Positions 1 through 9,300 of a stretch of 64,000 nt of DNA are shown here, piece after piece (the first letter of the stretch is position 1; every line of letters begins with the position of its first letter). Under the pieces are notes generated by a model. The model ran no database searches, was not told the DNA's origin, and worked only from the letters and a program-made list of their open reading frames with translations. Source of the DNA: a bacterium. GTDB taxonomy: Bacteria > SAR324 > NAC60-12. The stretch covers positions 256,001 to 320,000 of the forward strand of contig CBDDTI010000747.1 of the NCBI GenBank assembly GCA_965233585.1, in the 5' to 3' direction. The position numbers were made by a program, and so were the translations under genes.

Positions 1-1
1 T

Positions 2-1471
2 GCACGACAAGACACGTGGGCTCCTTTGTACAGCAACCTTGACCCAACAGATGCTGCAAGACTGGTAGAAAAACTCCAAGAGAACCAAATCAACTATATG
101 CTGGCACCCGGTGGACGTACTGTCATGGTACAGCCAAACAACGTGGATAGAGCTAGATTGATGCTTGCACGTGAGAAAGTTTTGCCCGGTAGTGGGGTTG
201 GTTTTTTAGATTTGTTCTCAAAGCCAGAGCTAGGCGCCACAGAATTTGACCAACAAGTGAAGTTCCGTGTTGCACAAGAAGGAGAGCTTGCACGGCTCAT
301 TACACGAATCAACACCATTAAAAGTGCGAGGGTTTCGCTTGCCTTACCAAAGAAAACGATTTTTAAAGACTCACAAGAACAAGCAACGGCATCAGTTTCT
401 CTTGAAACACATGGTGATTTAGATCGTTCTCAAATTGAAACAGTGATTCATCTGGTTGCCAGTGCCGTAGAGGGATTAAGACCCAATTCTGTCAGAGTCA
501 CAGACCAGTATGGAAAGTTGCTAAGCAATCAATTTTCAGAAGATGGCGGTTCAGGCAAGATTTCTGAAAATTATGCCTATAAAAGACGTTACGAAAAGGA
601 GCTTGAGCAAAAATTATTGAATCAGCTTGAACCGATTATTGGAGTAGATCGTGTCAGAGTTTTGGTTTCTGCAGAAATTGATTTTGACAGGCAAAAAATT
701 CAAGACAATCTTATTGACCCCGACCAATTAGTCACCATCAGTGAGCAGTTAGTCAATGAAAATTCTGTTGGTTCTCGCTCATTGCCAGTTGGTCCTGCAG
801 GGGTTACTTCTAATTTACCTGAAGCGACAGGAAGGGAAGCCGCTACTGTTTCTGAACATGATAAGAAAAATTCTACACGCAATTTTGAAGTCAGCCGTTC
901 GCAAGTCATCAAAGAACGTGCAATCGGACAACTCAAAAGGCTCACCGTTTCTGTCTTAGTTGACCATAAACACCCCCCATTACTTGATGATTCAGGCAAC
1001 ATCATCGGTCGTCAAAACGTCCCCTGGACTACATCAGAAAAAGACCAAATTGGAAACCTTGTTAAAGCCGCCATCGGTTTTTCAACAGAGAGAAAAGATG
1101 AGGTGGTTGTAGAAAATATCCCCTTTGGAAAACCTGTTGAAGAAGATGTGCAAGCACAAATTGAAGAGGCAGAAAGGACTCGTGCATTTATTATGAACAT
1201 TGTCCGTTATGTCTTGTTGGGCATTGCCATCTTGCTACTCATCTTGCTTGTCATTAGACCAATGGTTCAAAGATTGAGTGCCAAACCTGCTGACCTTGAT
1301 TTGCTTATGGGACTCCCTGCAACCATTGGAGAACTGGAAGGTGAAGAGTTAGAAATTCCCACAGAACGCGAGGCTGGCATTCCATCACGGGATAAAATTA
1401 TTGAGATTGCAAGGCAGGATGTTCTCAAAACCGCCACCATGGTTCGTGCGTGGCTTCGTGAAAGGAAGTAG
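2..1471 (+). CDS. fliF: Flagellar MS-ring protein FliF (5'-truncated by the window edge)
   Basis: Frame is open from position 2. It has the 'AQEGELARLI..I..IKSARVSLALPK..IF' ring motif, 'IKERAIGQLKRLTVSVLVD', a C-terminal TM helix and an 'MVRAWL' tail. Confidence 0.95.
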   Translation, partial: ARQDTWAPLYSNLDPTDAARLVEKLQENQINYMLAPGGRTVMVQPNNVDRARLMLAREKVLPGSGVGFLDLFSKPELGATEFDQQVKFRVAQEGELARLITRINTIKSARVSLALPKKTIFKDSQEQATASVSLETHGDLDRSQIETVIHLVASAVEGLRPNSVRVTDQYGKLLSNQFSEDGGSGKISENYAYKRRYEKELEQKLLNQLEPIIGVDRVRVLVSAEIDFDRQKIQDNLIDPDQLVTISEQLVNENSVGSRSLPVGPAGVTSNLPEATGREAATVSEHDKKNSTRNFEVSRSQVIKERAIGQLKRLTVSVLVDHKHPPLLDDSGNIIGRQNVPWTTSEKDQIGNLVKAAIGFSTERKDEVVVENIPFGKPVEEDVQAQIEEAERTRAFIMNIVRYVLLGIAILLLILLVIRPMVQRLSAKPADLDLLMGLPATIGELEGEELEIPTEREAGIPSRDKIIEIARQDVLKTATMVRAWLRERK

Positions 1472-1477
1472 GATTTT

Positions 1478-2488
1478 ATGCTAGATTCGCTCAATGTTAA
1501 ATCGTTTACCCCTTTAGATTTTTCTGAAGAACAGGTCGTAGAAGAAGAGAAGCCTGACATTTCTCATTTTACATTAGACCAGTTTGACCCCCACCAAGAG
1601 GTCACAGAACATGAAAAAGTGGAGCAACTCATCAAAACGTCGCAAGAGTTTACAAACGAAAAATTTATTCAGCAAGCAGACCTTTTAAGTGATGCAGCGC
1701 TTTATGCTGAAAACATTCGCAAAGGTGGTCAGCTGGAGGTAGAGAAGCTCAAAAAACAAGTGTCCATAGAACTTGAAAATGCTAAAAAAGACAGAGAACA
1801 AGCAGAAAGTATTCTTGAAAAAACCAAGCTGCAATGCGAAGCCATGCTTGAAGACGCAAGGAAAGAAGCAGAAGAAATCAGAAGCATTGCCAAAGAAGAA
1901 GGCTTTATTGAAGGAGAAGAAGCAGGTCGCCTGCAAAGCCACGAAACACTTGAAAAAGAGATTAAAAACTTTGAGAATCTTCTATTGCAATTTTCTCAAC
2001 TCAGGTCAGAAGTTTTGTTTCAAGCAGAAGAAGAATTACTACAACTTGCTATGCTTGTTGTTCGTAAAATCATGTATCAAGAAGTTTCCACTGACCCTGA
2101 AGTCGTTTTAAACATTGTCAAATCTTCTCTCCAAGAAATTGAATCTAAAGGAAGGATTGTTGTCTCCTTGCATCAAGATGATTACCAGTTTATGACACAA
2201 TACCATGACACTCTTGATAAATATCTTAAAGAAGAACAAATGATCGTCTTGCGGGAAGATGTAGATTCACAACCCGGTCAGGTGACCATTGAAACCAATG
2301 AAACTGTGGTTCATTTTGACTTCAAAGACCAGATCAATAGGATAGAAAGTAGCTTGTTCCAAAAACTCTCTCAACGAAAGCAAATGCTTCAAGACACCCT
2401 CGCTAAACAACACCATTCAGAGCAGACTCCTCAAGACACCCCTCAGACAGAAGAATCTTTAGAAACAAATGACAAACCTACTGAGTGA
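1478..2488 (+). CDS. fliH: Flagellar assembly protein FliH
   Basis: Coiled coil followed by 'AKEEGFIEGEEAG' (AxxxG/GxxxG repeats) and a C-terminal 'GQVTIETNE' motif; directly upstream of and overlapping fliI. Confidence 0.88.
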   Translation: MLDSLNVKSFTPLDFSEEQVVEEEKPDISHFTLDQFDPHQEVTEHEKVEQLIKTSQEFTNEKFIQQADLLSDAALYAENIRKGGQLEVEKLKKQVSIELENAKKDREQAESILEKTKLQCEAMLEDARKEAEEIRSIAKEEGFIEGEEAGRLQSHETLEKEIKNFENLLLQFSQLRSEVLFQAEEELLQLAMLVVRKIMYQEVSTDPEVVLNIVKSSLQEIESKGRIVVSLHQDDYQFMTQYHDTLDKYLKEEQMIVLREDVDSQPGQVTIETNETVVHFDFKDQINRIESSLFQKLSQRKQMLQDTLAKQHHSEQTPQDTPQTEESLETNDKPTE

Positions 2489-3782
2489 ATACCACACGGA
2501 AGCCAAGCGGTTCCGTGAAATTCAGGTGCAAGGTAAAATTACCCAGATGGTCGGTCAAATGATTGAAGCATACAATCCCGGTTGTGCCATTGGCAATTTG
2601 TGTAGTATTGTTGACCCCGTTGACAGCACCTCTTTTTTGGCAGAAGTCGTTGGCTTCAAAGAGGATAAGATGCTCCTCACTGCATTAGAAAATGTGCAGG
2701 GCATCAACCCCAAATGCCGTGTCATTCCGCAACACCTGCCCCCTCAAATCTGTGTTGGAGAAGAGCTTTTAGGACGTGTTTTTGACCCTCTCTATCGTCC
2801 CTTGGATCGCGCAGGAGATGTGATTGCTAACTCCAGTGTCCCCATTTACCGAGACCCTCCTAATCCTATGGAACGAGAACGCATTACATCAGCTTTGGAC
2901 GTTGGAATCCGTGCAATCAATTCCTGTTTAACATGTGGCAAAGGACAACGTGTTGGGATTTTGGCAGGGTCTGGGGTCGGTAAATCTGTCTTGATTGGCA
3001 TGATGGCACGTTATACCAGTGCTGATGTCAACGTCATTGCACTCATTGGTGAACGTGGTCGTGAGGTCAGGGATTTTATTGAACGTGACTTGGGCAAAGA
3101 AGGAATGAAAAAGACGATTGTTGTCGTCGCTACTTCTGACCAACCCCCTTTGTTGAGAATGCGAGGAGCATACGTCGCTACTGCCATCTCTGAATATTTT
3201 AGGGAACAAGGCAAAGATGTGCTGTTGGTCATGGACTCATTGACACGATTTGCGATGGCACAACGAGAAATTGGTCTGGCAGCAGGAGAACCTCCAACCA
3301 CCAAAGGCTATCCGCCTTCTGTTTTTGCATCACTACCGGGATTGCTTGAACGGGCAGGAACAGACAATCACGGTGGCTCTATTACAGGATTCTACACAGT
3401 GCTTGCAGAAGGTGATGACTCCAATGACCCGATTGTAGATTCTGTCCGTGCCATTGTAGATGGGCATATTGTGCTCAGTCGGGACATTGCCGCAAAAGGA
3501 CATTATCCTGCCATTGACATTTCTACCTCTGCCAGCCGTGTCATGTCTGATGTCGTCTCTTCTACACACCAAAAATTAGCATTAGCACTGCGAGGGTCTC
3601 TTGCCTCTTACCGAGAAGCAGAAGATTTAATCAACATCGGTGCTTATGTCAGTGGAAGCAATCCTGAAATTGACGACGCTGTTGCCAAACGTCCACAAAT
3701 CCAAAAATTCTTGCAACAAGGAATTGACGAAAAGACAAGCTATGCTGAATCCGTCGCAGGATTACAGCATATTTTTAATTGA
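2469..3782 (+). CDS. fliI: Flagellar export ATPase FliI
   Basis: Walker A 'AGSGVGKS', 'ALIGERGREV', 'DSLTRFAMAQREIGLAAGEPP', 'GHYPAID'. Confidence 0.95.
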   Translation: MTNLLSEYHTEAKRFREIQVQGKITQMVGQMIEAYNPGCAIGNLCSIVDPVDSTSFLAEVVGFKEDKMLLTALENVQGINPKCRVIPQHLPPQICVGEELLGRVFDPLYRPLDRAGDVIANSSVPIYRDPPNPMERERITSALDVGIRAINSCLTCGKGQRVGILAGSGVGKSVLIGMMARYTSADVNVIALIGERGREVRDFIERDLGKEGMKKTIVVVATSDQPPLLRMRGAYVATAISEYFREQGKDVLLVMDSLTRFAMAQREIGLAAGEPPTTKGYPPSVFASLPGLLERAGTDNHGGSITGFYTVLAEGDDSNDPIVDSVRAIVDGHIVLSRDIAAKGHYPAIDISTSASRVMSDVVSSTHQKLALALRGSLASYREAEDLINIGAYVSGSNPEIDDAVAKRPQIQKFLQQGIDEKTSYAESVAGLQHIFN

Positions 3783-3841
3783 GAATAGGAAGGGTTTGTT
3801 TTGAGGATTTAACACAACTTTTATTGCTTTTTTTGAGAGAG

Positions 3842-4091
3842 TTAGTTTTTTGCTGGGGTGCTATTGTGCCATAATTCATGTTCGCTGATGTCTATTTCCT
3901 CTCCCCACGATACTGCATAACCTCCCCTCAACTTTCACAGACTTGAATAAAACAGGGTTTTTTAATGGTTGAAACATTTCCAGTTTCAGCAAGGGCGTCA
4001 CGTCATATTTTTTAGTCTGCTGATTATCAAATTCAATTTTCAAAGTTCGCTTTCCGATTGCTTCAACCTTCTTGATTTTTGGACAATTCAT
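3842..4091 (-). pseudogene. DUF2442-family protein, frameshifted
   Basis: N-half 'IKKVEAIGKRTLKIEFDN..KKYDV..LL'. The expected C-half 'GGYAVSWGEEIDISEHELWHNS' is in another frame after the GAGGGGAGG run (~3921-3929) and ends at TAA 3842-3844. Confidence 0.75.
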
Positions 4092-5806
4092 AACCTAATT
4101 AAATTTTGTAAACGCAAAAATTTAAAAAACTCATCCAAAATTCGTTTGTTACGGTCAATGATTTCACTCTCTCCAAATTGAGGATAAGTTATGGAATTGG
4201 AGAGATTGGATATTTCATGGATTTGGCTTGCCCCCTTACTGTAAATTTCCTGCTTATCTTCAAATCTGTAATCCGATGCTTGAATATTTATACGGCGTTC
4301 AAGCAAAATTTTATTTCCCAATAACTCAAGATTGCTTTCTGCTTTTAGTCCTTTCTCTGACTTTTGACGTTTTTTAGAGTAGATATGCTCTAAATGAAAA
4401 TCTTCATTTAACTTAGGAAGTCCCTGATGTGGAAAGGTAAAAGCATACCAAGTTATTATCGAACGAGTCACAGGTTTTTGATTAGTGAAATCATAACTAT
4501 CAAAAGAAGGGCGGGCTTTGTTGACATCAAATTTGTACTTAGAAAATGTTACTTCAACACCGTTTACAATATTAACCATTTCGTCATATATGGGCGTTCG
4601 TAGTGCGTTAACTCCAGGATTGGTAATAGCATAAGCAAAAGTGAAGGCTGTTATTTTATTCAAAAATTGACAGAATTTTGAATTATCTAATGAGCCATCA
4701 GTATCTCTATTTTCTAAAAAATAGACGGATGTTATATTCTGCCACATACTGTTCGGTGAATAGTGCAGCACAAAAAGTTTCTTGAGAATACTATCACAAA
4801 ATCGGTTTTTATCTTGTACAGCTACACTCTCCCAAAATAAAGCGAGAGCCTTCAATTCATCAATTGTATGAGGCTGATTTAGATACCTATATTTATCTCG
4901 TTCGTAGAATTTTCTCAGGGCTTCTGTTGTTGATCTTTTATTACCTTCTTTTGCACGCAAATAGTACATGTAACGAGCAAATAACTCGTCCATCGGTGTA
5001 TTGTTCTGTTTGAATACTGACTTTGTTACTGCTTCTAACTCTTTCCAATCATTGATAAAATCATCTTTCTTATTTAAAGAATCATAGTACTTGTAGAATT
5101 GGGCTTTGAATATGTCCGCATCTGACAAAGGTAAACCACGATCATTGAGAGTTGAGAAAATACGAAGAGCCGTATCTTGTGATTCGGCTTCAATAGGAAG
5201 AAGAATACAGTTGCCTAGAATACGAGCAGGCAGATGGGCGGAGTAAGATGAAAAACATTGTAAAAAGTCATCAATCTTTTTCTGAAAAAATTGATAGTTT
5301 AGAACATATTGACTTTTACTTCCCTTTTTCACTTTCCCAGTACGAAGTAACTCAAGAAATTCTATTTTGTCATGGTCTGTCGCCACTGCAGAATCTATCT
5401 TGAGTATATCTTTATCGGCATTCTCAAATTCATCTACTTTCCAAATACACTTTTCAATACGAGTACGAATCTTTTGCGAGTTATCGTCCTGCATATTTGC
5501 AAACTTATCATAAAAAGCCCGTAAAATAAGCATGATTGTTGTGAGTCGCTGTTGACCATCAATCACCTCCGACTGACTATCTTCGTTTTTATAGGTGACG
5601 ATAGAGCCAAGGAAATACTCTTCATTTTTATCAAACGCTTCACAATTATCATTAGGAAATGAAAATGCAAAGATGTCATCCCACAGAGTTTGACATTGCT
5701 CTTCATCCCAAGCATAGGGTCGCTGATAGTCAGGTATAAGAAAGTCTGCTTTTTTATCTGATAAGAGATTTTCAATTGTTTTTTGATCTACATTTAGTTT
5801 TGACAT
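4088..5806 (-). CDS. GmrSD-type DUF262 + DUF1524 (HNH) modification-dependent restriction protein
   Basis: 'IPDYQRPYAW', 'YFLGSIV', 'IDGQQRLTT', 'IFSTLNDRGLPLS' (DUF262) and 'LEHIYS...LGNKILLERRIN' (DUF1524). Probable start MSKLN at 5806; the ORF extends to 5836. Confidence 0.9.
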   Translation of the reverse strand: MSKLNVDQKTIENLLSDKKADFLIPDYQRPYAWDEEQCQTLWDDIFAFSFPNDNCEAFDKNEEYFLGSIVTYKNEDSQSEVIDGQQRLTTIMLILRAFYDKFANMQDDNSQKIRTRIEKCIWKVDEFENADKDILKIDSAVATDHDKIEFLELLRTGKVKKGSKSQYVLNYQFFQKKIDDFLQCFSSYSAHLPARILGNCILLPIEAESQDTALRIFSTLNDRGLPLSDADIFKAQFYKYYDSLNKKDDFINDWKELEAVTKSVFKQNNTPMDELFARYMYYLRAKEGNKRSTTEALRKFYERDKYRYLNQPHTIDELKALALFWESVAVQDKNRFCDSILKKLFVLHYSPNSMWQNITSVYFLENRDTDGSLDNSKFCQFLNKITAFTFAYAITNPGVNALRTPIYDEMVNIVNGVEVTFSKYKFDVNKARPSFDSYDFTNQKPVTRSIITWYAFTFPHQGLPKLNEDFHLEHIYSKKRQKSEKGLKAESNLELLGNKILLERRINIQASDYRFEDKQEIYSKGASQIHEISNLSNSITYPQFGESEIIDRNKRILDEFFKFLRLQNLIRL

Positions 5807-5884
5807 TGTTTTTCCTTGTTTTTGAGAAGTTAACAATCAAAATGAATATCGGACTAAAACCAGTCCGTTGGATTTGTTAGGTTT

Positions 5885-6301
5885 TTATGATTCACTTTTA
5901 TCAATACTTCCATTCTTATTGTCTTTCATTCTGGACTCTTGGTAGTCTCCCCATGAAACTTCTTTAACTATGTTTTTGTAGGTTTTCTTAAAAACCTCAA
6001 ACACCTCAAGAACTTCATCATAGTCTTCTCTAATCATTTGTTCCAATTTGTTTTTATCCAATTCTGGACTTTGACAAAGAAAGTGTAAGTCCCTAATCTT
6101 TTTGTCTCTTGAAGACACGTCTGATGGGTATTTGATGTTATACAAGAACAATATAGCCAAGTATTCTGGGTCTACTAAATTCACTTCAACGCCTTCAACT
6201 TCCATCCTCCTAAAAGAATACCTCACAGCGTTCAATGCTTCATAAGAAGATGCGAACAAAAAGTCAATAGAATTTCCGCTTTTTTCATCCTCTATACTCA
6301 C
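5885..6301 (-). pseudogene. Probable C-terminal half of a nucleotidyltransferase (DUF6036/AbiEii-like)
   Basis: 'IDFLFA...VEGVEVNLVDPEYLAILFL...RDKKIRDL' resembles the C-terminal part of this superfamily. No N-terminal GG/DxD catalytic part is visible. Confidence 0.45.
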
Positions 6302-6569
6302 AATATATTTTTTTATTTTGATACTCCTTTACGACTAAAACCTGACGCTACATTCAAATTGTGAGCAAAGCTTTATCACTAAAGCAAGATACACACAACA
6401 CTCAATCTTGAAAAAGATGCTTTATTATGCTGCTTGATTCACAAAACATTGAAGTTTAGCAATCAACTCTTGAGCCTTTTGATTGTCTAATTGAAGGTTT
6501 TGTTTCTGATGGTTACTTTTCAATTTCCTCTTTCGTCCATTTTTGATTGTGTTTCATATTTTGGTTTAA

Positions 6570-6761
6570 TTAGATTTTATTTTGTTGAGTTGTTAAGTTT
6601 TTAAGAATTTTCTTTGCTAAATTCTCGTTAATTTCACGATGACGAGGCACAGGTTCAGAACTACCGGTATTTGGATTGTGATAAATGTCGTGCTTTGATC
6701 CATGCCGTAGCAAGACACAACCCGCTTGAGATAGCTTTTTTAAAAGCTCATGATGTTTCAT
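6570..6761 (-). CDS. hicA: HicA-family toxin
   Basis: 63 aa; 'ELLKKLSQAGCVLLRHGSKHDIY...PVPRHREINENLAKKILK'. Confidence 0.9.
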   Translation of the reverse strand: MKHHELLKKLSQAGCVLLRHGSKHDIYHNPNTGSSEPVPRHREINENLAKKILKNLTTQQNKI

Positions 6762-6952
6762 GCTATCTCAAGCTCTGCAACCCGCTTTATCCCCGGAATG
6801 TCTTCTTGAAATAAATCGTGTAGATCTGATAAATGTTCTTTCAAATCATTTAAGTCCTCACCCTGAGTCCAATGATCGGGAAATTCATTTAAATAGCCTA
6901 AATAAGTGCCATCAGGTTCTTTCCAATATGTAAACTGCTTTTTCGTCATCAT
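6758..6952 (-). CDS. hicB: HicB-like antitoxin (short, no DNA-binding domain)
   Basis: 'YLGYLNEFPDHWTQGEDLNDLKEHL'; ATGA overlap with hicA. Confidence 0.85.
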   Translation of the reverse strand: MMTKKQFTYWKEPDGTYLGYLNEFPDHWTQGEDLNDLKEHLSDLHDLFQEDIPGIKRVAELEIA

Positions 6953-7032
6953 TCTCCTCTGGATTTAAAAATAAAATACCCCAACCCCAACATCTGACTA
7001 ACGTGAGTCTGTTGAGCTTCCTCAAAAAATTT

Positions 7033-7278
7033 TTACAATTCACTTTCATCAATAGTTGCAATTTTCATAAGATGCTTTTGCAAACCTAGTTTAAACGATT
7101 GATTTTTATGCACAGGAACAGAAATGCAGGCATTGATTCCAGATTTGATACAAATATGGTGACTGCCATTGACCCGTTTTAACTCCCAACCTTTGTGTTC
7201 AGTAACCTTGCAAAAATCCTTACCACTTACAACTTCTGGTAAAAGCCAATCTGTTGGGTACTTTGCTAGGCGAATCAC
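7033..7278 (-). CDS. Second HicA-family toxin (orphan, with an atypical ~15-aa N-terminal extension)
   Basis: 'SGKDFCKV..HKGWELKRVNGSHHI...ISVPVHKNQSFKLGL'. Its GTG start overlaps the DUF2188 stop codon. Confidence 0.75.
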   Translation of the reverse strand: MIRLAKYPTDWLLPEVVSGKDFCKVTEHKGWELKRVNGSHHICIKSGINACISVPVHKNQSFKLGLQKHLMKIATIDESEL

Positions 7279-7501
7279 CCTTTAGGAGGGAATGGATCAT
7301 TGCCATGACTGTCTTTTTCGCTAATTTTTCCATTTTTATTATGGATGACCAACTCACTTTGTTGATTCTTGCTTATTTCACGGGCATGATTAATAGCCTC
7401 CTGTTTAGTGTCAAAATGACCTGATGATCGTTTTGAACCACTTTGCTTGATGTCCCAACCACTTTTTGGGAATTAGGTACCACATGTATTTGTTTTGCCA
7501 T
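7275..7501 (-). pseudogene. DUF2188-family protein, frameshifted (absent from the ORF track)
   Basis: MAKQIHVVPNSQK, then one base is missing in the A5 run, then SGWDIKQSGSKRSSGHFDTKQEAINHAREISKNQQSELVIHNKNGKISEKDSHGNDPFPPKG*. Confidence 0.8.
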
Positions 7502-7655
7502 ATTTAAAACCCTCTATTTGAATTAATAAAACTAACCATGGACAATGATTGTTGCCCAAAAATACTTTGGAATTTCTTTGTTTGAATTGTATGTTCCATA
7601 TGTCATTAACTATACCTTCCTAATTTAAGCGACAGGCAGGTTTGTTATACTCTCT

Positions 7656-8981
7656 TTAATTGCCTAGTATAAGTTTAAACATTACCTTCATACTATCATA
7701 TGGTCCCTTACTTTTGCCTACTTGATTAGGATTATAATTGTTATCCTTGATGTTATTGACAAGTAATTCAACACCTTTACTCAAGTTCTTTTCTATAAAA
7801 TCTAATGGATCAGACATTTTCCATTTTAATTTATCTCCTTCTACTTCCATCAGTTCAGACAAAGCCGCAAAAATAGGAATGATAAATCCTTCTGGATATT
7901 TAGCTCCACATTTTTTTTGATAATATTTTGTTAAAGGTGGTCTGCTTAGATAACTGGAACCTTTTTTGTTTTCGTCGTAAATTTTCACGCAATCCATTCG
8001 CCCGAACTTACCAAAATTATTGTTGTAAGCTTTAGGAAAATTTTCATAGATTATATCGTATAGTCTAGGTATCTCTCTAAGCAAAGACATTGCGGATAAA
8101 AATAATTTGTCATTTATTTTGCCTTCATTATCAGAGTACTTCTCAAAGAATAGAGAAAAAATCTCAACACACTTTGCTTTGGAACTATAAATTAAAACAG
8201 GATTAATATGAGGCAAGTTTTGGTCAAGTTTCTCTAAATTTTGTAATGCTAAGAGTGGTATTAAACTCATAGCAACAATATCCTCTCTTTTAATACGTTT
8301 TCCCGTACCATCTTTCCATTCTACATCTTCTACAATTTCTTCATCAAGTGCATTTTTTAGTATCTCATAATATCCTTTATGATCCGCTTTTGTTCCAGAG
8401 CTAAGAGGAGAATTGTTATTTCTAGCATCTGATATTTCAAATATTGCATCAGGGAATTGTACATTATATTCAGTTGTGGGATAAATGATCTCAATTGGCA
8501 TCTCAAATTCAAAAACATCTAAAACTTCTGATAAATTTTCTTTATTTTTATGCCATAGTTCTATGAAGGTATCCCAATTCTTGACTTTACTTAGCTGTTT
8601 GTTTGAATCTTCTCCAAAATATTCTTCTAAGATAAAAAGACCGACAGCAAGCATATTATGACCACCATCCAATACACCTTCATAACTTTCATCTTCAAAA
8701 GACAAGGTAAATCTCCCCCGTTCTCTTTGAATACAACTTGAAGAAGAAATTAACATGCCTTTGCTCTTAAACCTAAAGTCTTCTGGTGAAGTTTTTAGAG
8801 TCTCACAAATAGCAGTTGTGACCTTATTCTTTTTGGATTTTCTTGGGTTTGCAGTTAAACCTACAACATCTATGAGTTTTGCAAGGTTTTTGGCATTGAT
8901 TGTGGCTAAGACTTTGTTGATTCTAGCATGTTCTTGTATACAAAAACACTCAGTCTTAATTGTAACAGTTTGGTCTTTCAT
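7656..8981 (-). CDS. AIPR-like (abortive-infection-associated, ParB/DndB-like superfamily) protein
   Basis: 'ANPR...VTTAICETLKTSPEDFRFKSKGMLI', 'GVLDGGHN' and 'ISDARNNNS' parallel the AIPR motifs N(V/P)R / PE.F..NNGI / (N/D)G.(Q/H)T / I..A.N. Confidence 0.65.
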   Translation of the reverse strand: MKDQTVTIKTECFCIQEHARINKVLATINAKNLAKLIDVVGLTANPRKSKKNKVTTAICETLKTSPEDFRFKSKGMLISSSSCIQRERGRFTLSFEDESYEGVLDGGHNMLAVGLFILEEYFGEDSNKQLSKVKNWDTFIELWHKNKENLSEVLDVFEFEMPIEIIYPTTEYNVQFPDAIFEISDARNNNSPLSSGTKADHKGYYEILKNALDEEIVEDVEWKDGTGKRIKREDIVAMSLIPLLALQNLEKLDQNLPHINPVLIYSSKAKCVEIFSLFFEKYSDNEGKINDKLFLSAMSLLREIPRLYDIIYENFPKAYNNNFGKFGRMDCVKIYDENKKGSSYLSRPPLTKYYQKKCGAKYPEGFIIPIFAALSELMEVEGDKLKWKMSDPLDFIEKNLSKGVELLVNNIKDNNYNPNQVGKSKGPYDSMKVMFKLILGN

Positions 8982-9044
8982 AAAGAGTTCTCCTAATTAA
9001 ATTTAAATAAAACAACTATGGTGTGACCACAGCAAGCAATTTAA

Positions 9045-9161
9045 GAGAATCTGGCGAGGTACAAGCGGAACTTTTCAGCCTTATTTGGGATTTTGAAGTT
9101 TTTCAACTTCAAATTAGCTCTTTGGTCTTACCAGACCTCTCAGCCTTCTTTTCAGAAGACG
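9045..9161 (-). ncRNA. Candidate structured RNA or 5' leader of unknown class
   Basis: Starts just downstream of a sigma70 promoter. Hairpins GUCUUCU-GAAA-AGAAGGC, GGUCU-GGUA-AGACC and UUUGAAGUU-GAAA-AACUUCAAA; duplicated AAGGCUGA(G/A)A. Confidence 0.45.
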
Positions 9162-9167
9162 TTGAGG

Positions 9168-9196
9168 ATTATCCTACAACTCACTACTGTTGTCAA
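9168..9196 (-). promoter_or_regulatory. Sigma70-type promoter facing the defence island
   Basis: TTGACA (9191-9196), 17-nt spacer, GATAAT (9168-9173). Confidence 0.7.
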
Positions 9197-9300
9197 GAGA
9201 AATTTTTTCTCATACCTAACACCCCCAACATCTGGCAAGTGCCAGCTTGCTGGGTTGGTTTGTTGGAGAACTGAGGACGCTAACGAATTAAAGTTTGGAT

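Noticed and set aside
2..3782. Non-flagellar type III injectisome
   Set aside because: The ring protein has the full FliF length and beta-collar region, not the short SctJ form.
9045..9161. Assignment as a TPP, SAM-I or Moco riboswitch or a hammerhead ribozyme
   Set aside because: Only short resemblances (CUGAGA); the diagnostic downstream motifs are missing, so it is kept as unclassified.
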